From assembly GCA_017499595.2 (NCBI GenBank), contig CM039005.1, forward strand, positions 868,001 through 932,000: a stretch of DNA of 64,000 nucleotides. Reading direction: 5' to 3'. This DNA comes from Psilocybe cubensis. Lineage: Eukaryota. This document shows positions 59,893 to 64,000 of this stretch, piece by piece. The notes under the pieces are model-generated. The model saw only the letters and a program-made list of their open reading frames with translations. It searched no databases and had not been told where the DNA came from. Both the position numbers and the translations under genes were made by a program. Within the stretch, counting starts at the first letter, position 1. Each line of letters opens with the position of its first letter.

Positions 59893-62524
59893 ATGAAACA
59901 TACGGCTGGCTTCTTCGCATTTCTCGCTGCTCTCTTCCATGAGGTGGGGGCCACGCCTCTACTGCCCCGATATGGAGATTATTTGGTCCACGAAAAACGC
60001 GAGTTCTTTAGAGATGCTCAAACTTTGCGTCGACTAGACGGAGACGTCATCGTCCCACTTCGCATAGGTCTTTCCCAGCAAAACCTTGATACGTTAGAAG
60101 CCCATCTTATGGCTGTTTCCGACCCGGAATCCACAATGTACGGACAGCACTGGTCGCCAGCGCGAGTGCTCGAAGTCTTTTCCCCCTCTCAGGAAAGTCA
60201 TGATGCCGTTCGTGCATGGCTTCTGGATGCAGGCTTCGATGCGAATCGCCTATCTGTAAGTCACAACAATGCATGGATTGAAATCCAAGGCGCTACTGTC
60301 TCCGAGACCGAGGCATTGCTCAACACGGAATATCATGTCTTTGAACATGATGGAGAAGAACATGTTGGTATGCTATTACGCCAGCCCTTTTTCCAAACAA
60401 TTGTTTGATTTTTTTTTTTCAGCTTGCCATGAATACTCCGTTCCAGCTGGAGTAGCTCCTCACATCGATCTCATCACACCTACTGTGCAAGCCAACACGA
60501 AACTCGTCAAACCAGTCACTAGCCGCCAGCCGCCAACCTCTCTTCGTCGACGGGATATTGCTCCTGAGCAACTACAGGATATCGTGACGAGAGCATCTGT
60601 CGCGACAAACGGATCCCTTGCCGGATGCGACACGGCTGTTGTTCCAAGTTGTCTGCAAACGTTGTATAACATGACGTATACCCCAAAAGCGACTGATAGA
60701 AACACCTTTGGCATAGGTTTGTCGCATGTCATTTTTTTAAAAAAAATCTGTTTTCAAACCGCTGATCCTACGTGTGTTAGTTACATACTTTCCAGACACA
60801 TACCTCCAGTCGGACCTTGATACTTTCTTCCGCAATTTTTCTCCCTCCCTTGTCGGTGTTGTTCCAAAACTTGTTTCTATTAATGGAGGTGAGTATCTTT
60901 TTGTGGGCAATCTATCATACACTTACGTCGGTCAACCAGGCACTATCGACGTCGACCCCACTTCTGATGTCGGAGAAGATGGCTGGATTCTTGAATATGC
61001 AATGACTCTAACAAACCCACAACCAGTTCAATTTTTGAAAGTTGGGAACCCGCAAATTAGTATGTGCTTTAATCCCGTTATCAACAGTCAAGATGATGAC
61101 ACTATTTTCTAGGCCCCTCTCTTTCCTTCAATGAATGGCTGGACGCTGTAGACGGCTCGTATTGCACATCGGAAGGTGGAGATGATTTCACTTTCGATCC
61201 TCAGCTTCCAAACCCCCTGCCAGGAGGCTTCCAAGACCATTCTTGTGGTACCGTCAAACCACCGAACGTCGTTTCAAATTCCCAAGGCTTTGAAGAGCTC
61301 CGGTTATCTCAATTTTATAGGCAGCGTCAGTGCAACGAATTTGGAAAGCTAGGTTTAATGGGGGTCACTGTCTTGTATTCAGCTGGGAATACGGGCACTT
61401 CTGGTACTCAGAGTGGATACTGCCTGGATGACAATGGTATTCTCTTCTCTCCACTCCAAGTGCGAATCTTGTTTTATTGATATGACATGGGTAGGTTCAA
61501 TGAATCTGAATGGTACACATTTCAACCCGAATTGGCCGGCCTCTTGCCCGTGGATTACTGCTGTTGGTGGCACCCAGGTTAAACCCAACGCTTCAGCAAC
61601 CGATGCATTTCCCGAAGAAGTGTGGAATCAAGAAATAATCCCAGGGTTTTTCGAGTCCGGCGGCGGTGGCTTTAGCAACCATTTCACGAGACCCTCGTAC
61701 CAGGACAATGCAGTTGCCAACTATATGAAGTTCTTGTCCAAGACCAGCCCTGGCACTTTGAAGCATTTCAACATAAATGGGGTGCGTATTTCTTCAGCTA
61801 ATCTTCTGTGCAATGTCACTCATGGCGGATGAATCATTTAGAGAGCGTATCCTGATTTGAGCGCGAATGCGTAACGTCTAATTCATTTAAGATTGTTGGT
61901 TGTACCTGACAAAAGGAATAGGAATATGTTCCTAGATATCTCCAACGGTTCTGTGTCTATTGACAGCGGCACGTCAGGTGCCACTCCGACTGTTGCATCC
62001 ATTATCACCCTTGTTAACGACGCTCGTATCTCGGCTGGCAAAAAGCCTGTCGGTACGTGTCCACCATGATCCCACCACGATGTTTTACCAAAATGCTGAA
62101 CCAAAAATCAATAGGCTTCATCAATCCTACAGTAAGTTGTCTTGAAGGCTGAAGGCACGTAGTGCCGGTGACAAAATTATTCTGCAGATATATTCGACTG
62201 CTTTTCAGAGTGCGTTCAATGATATAGTGGACGGTACCAATCAGGGATGCAAAGGCTGTAAGAATTTTTGATATGCGTGAAGAGCATGGATTGATTTGTC
62301 TATTTTGAAGTGCAAGGAGATCGCGGTGGTGGATTCAATGCGTGAGTTGTTCCTTCTTAGTTAGATGTCCATGTTATTGATCAGTTCCACAGAACGAAAG
62401 GATGGGATCCAGCGTCAGGTATGTCACATCGATACCATCCCGTAAGGTGGCTTTTGATTTGAACGTAGGTGTGGGCACTCCAAACCTCGGCAAGCTGATC
62501 GAAAGGTGGTTGGCATTGCCGTGA
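59893..62524 (+). CDS. Secreted sedolisin (peptidase S53, tripeptidyl-peptidase-like) with non-canonical active-site motifs
   Basis: Signal peptide; prodomain LRIGLSQQNL...VSDPESTMYGQHWS; PASCPWITAVGGT, SGGGGFSN, RAYPDLSAN, GTSGATP, FNDIVDG, GWDPASGVGTPN. TATAAA near 59831. Confidence 0.9.
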
Positions 62525-62664
62525 ATGTCAACGTTTGAATGGAGGTGTAAATAGACTTTTTACTTGATTTATACATTGAAGTAATTAGTTGGTTGGCGTA
62601 TGTGTCACTTTTGAGAACTGCATGTAATTCGTCTGAAGATATGATATTCATCTCGATGAACTGC

Positions 62665-63196
62665 TTATAGTGCTGGCATCACGCGAACGACCTTTCCTTC
62701 ATTTCGAGCGTGGATTTTGAGTTTTTCTAGGAGAGGAGATTTTTCCCAACGCTCAGGAGGCGCTCGCTCGCTCGTGGCCCAATAGTAGATATCCCAATCT
62801 GGTTCGTCGAGAAGCTTTTCAATGTATCAGAACAAAACAATTCGTTGTATCTTTGGATATCGAACATACCTTGTCATACTCCATCAACTCGGCTTCAGAC
62901 ATTGTGCTCAGATGATCCCTGGCAAATGTACTAAGCAAGAGGTCACTCTCTAGGGTTCCACGTTTTCTGGACTGATAAACAAGACGCGCTCTGAGAGTAT
63001 CCACAGATTCATTAGGTCTCGGTAAAGGTGCTGGAGGCGGAATGTCTGAGGGTGTGGTCGTTGAAGCCAGATGCTGCGGCGTGTGCGGAAGAGGCCATGG
63101 ATCCGCAAATAGACGCGACGTGGAAGATATACACCTTTCCTTGGTGGTTCGCCTTGTGGCGAGAGTGAACCCTGTTCGAGCAAGCTGTCGGAACAT
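62665..63196 (-). CDS. SDH5: Succinate dehydrogenase assembly factor 2 (flavinator)
   Basis: [24 protein letters not shown]...[18 protein letters not shown]; mitochondrial presequence; one intron. Confidence 0.95.
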
Positions 63197-63582
63197 CGTA
63201 ATTGAAAACCTTGGTGGTTGTAGTTCAGAGAGTCTGGGAGAATAGATCAATTCTATTCAAATGACCCAGTTTGTCTGTTATTGTGGTCAAATTTTCTTTC
63301 ATTGGAGCAGAATCCTATCTATATTTGGCAATTGTGGGAATTTGACCCTCTAATTACGCAACGGTGCTTGGCTGCCACTCAATGCTTTCGACTTCATACT
63401 TAGGTCTTTAAAGTCCAACTCATCCATCCTGCTTGATGTTACACAACTCTTCTTAACTGGAGGGAATATACCATCTCACTAACATTATAGAACGCAAAAC
63501 ATCACACAACTTGCTACTGTACATTGCCTCACCTATTTAAACACACTCGGACCCTTTGGACTGCTGAGACCCTGGCATTGTT

Positions 63583-64000
63583 ATGATTACGATTTGTCGG
63601 GCGGAGGACGGCCAAGTATTCCAAGTGAGTGAACACCTCTTTATGCGCGATTCAGTTCTCATTAATTGACCAGGTTAACGCGTCTGTTCGTGATATTGAA
63701 GGGTAAGTCTGCATAACTCGTGGCTGCGCGTGTGTTTACTGATCTAAGCCATTCAGAACCGGAAGTCTTGAACAATTCTTGCAACAGGAAACTGGAATCG
63801 AAGCAGATGCAGCGTTAGCTTTTCTGTCTGATGGAAGACGGTTGACTACTGGCAATATTCGTGATTTGAGTAGCGCCCAGGACCAGGTGTGCATCGTGTT
63901 TGATATGACTCTCAATGCGTGTGCTAATCTGATTTGTGCAGTATATTTTTGTGTTCAACCAAGACCTCATTGAATCCAATCTTGAGGATTCACTCAATCG
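63583..64000 (+). CDS. ATG11: Autophagy-related protein 11, N-terminal part (runs off the window)
   Basis: Spliced MITICRAEDGQVFQ|VNASVRDIE...SLEQFLQQETGIEADAALAFLSDGRRLTTGNIRDLSSAQDQ|YIFVFN matches the agaricomycete Atg11 N-terminus as recalled. Confidence 0.75.

Noticed and set aside
1-64000. tRNA, rRNA or CRISPR arrays
   Set aside because: None recognised by eye; the sequence is eukaryotic and shows no repeat-spacer periodicity.

Overview
Intron-rich fungal chromosomal DNA. Short GT-AG introns and the gene content point to a mushroom-forming basidiomycete; the species cannot be determined from the sequence. In order, the window holds: an atypical Ras-like gene; a complete, apparently very young Ty3/Gypsy chromovirus-type LTR retrotransposon (identical 173-bp LTRs, CCCAA target-site duplication, self-priming-type PBS, extra AUG-less ORF before gag); a tail-to-tail pair of paralogous NLR-like genes (MLKL-like N-terminus, P-loop STAND NTPase, TPR array) whose TPR halves form an AT-rich, CpG-depleted island; a divergent CHCH/Tim44-like mitochondrial pair; a Cop1-like sesquiterpene synthase; an MFS transporter; an F-box-like gene; MAK5; PWP2; four small spliced genes largely missed by the ORF track (three single-TM proteins with shared exon phases and one 64-aa CBM12-like protein in a gene-poor stretch); a DUF6534-like membrane protein; a GT32 glycosyltransferase; a sedolisin with non-canonical catalytic residues; SDH5; and the start of ATG11. 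All exon models and family assignments were made by eye and from memory, with no database searches.
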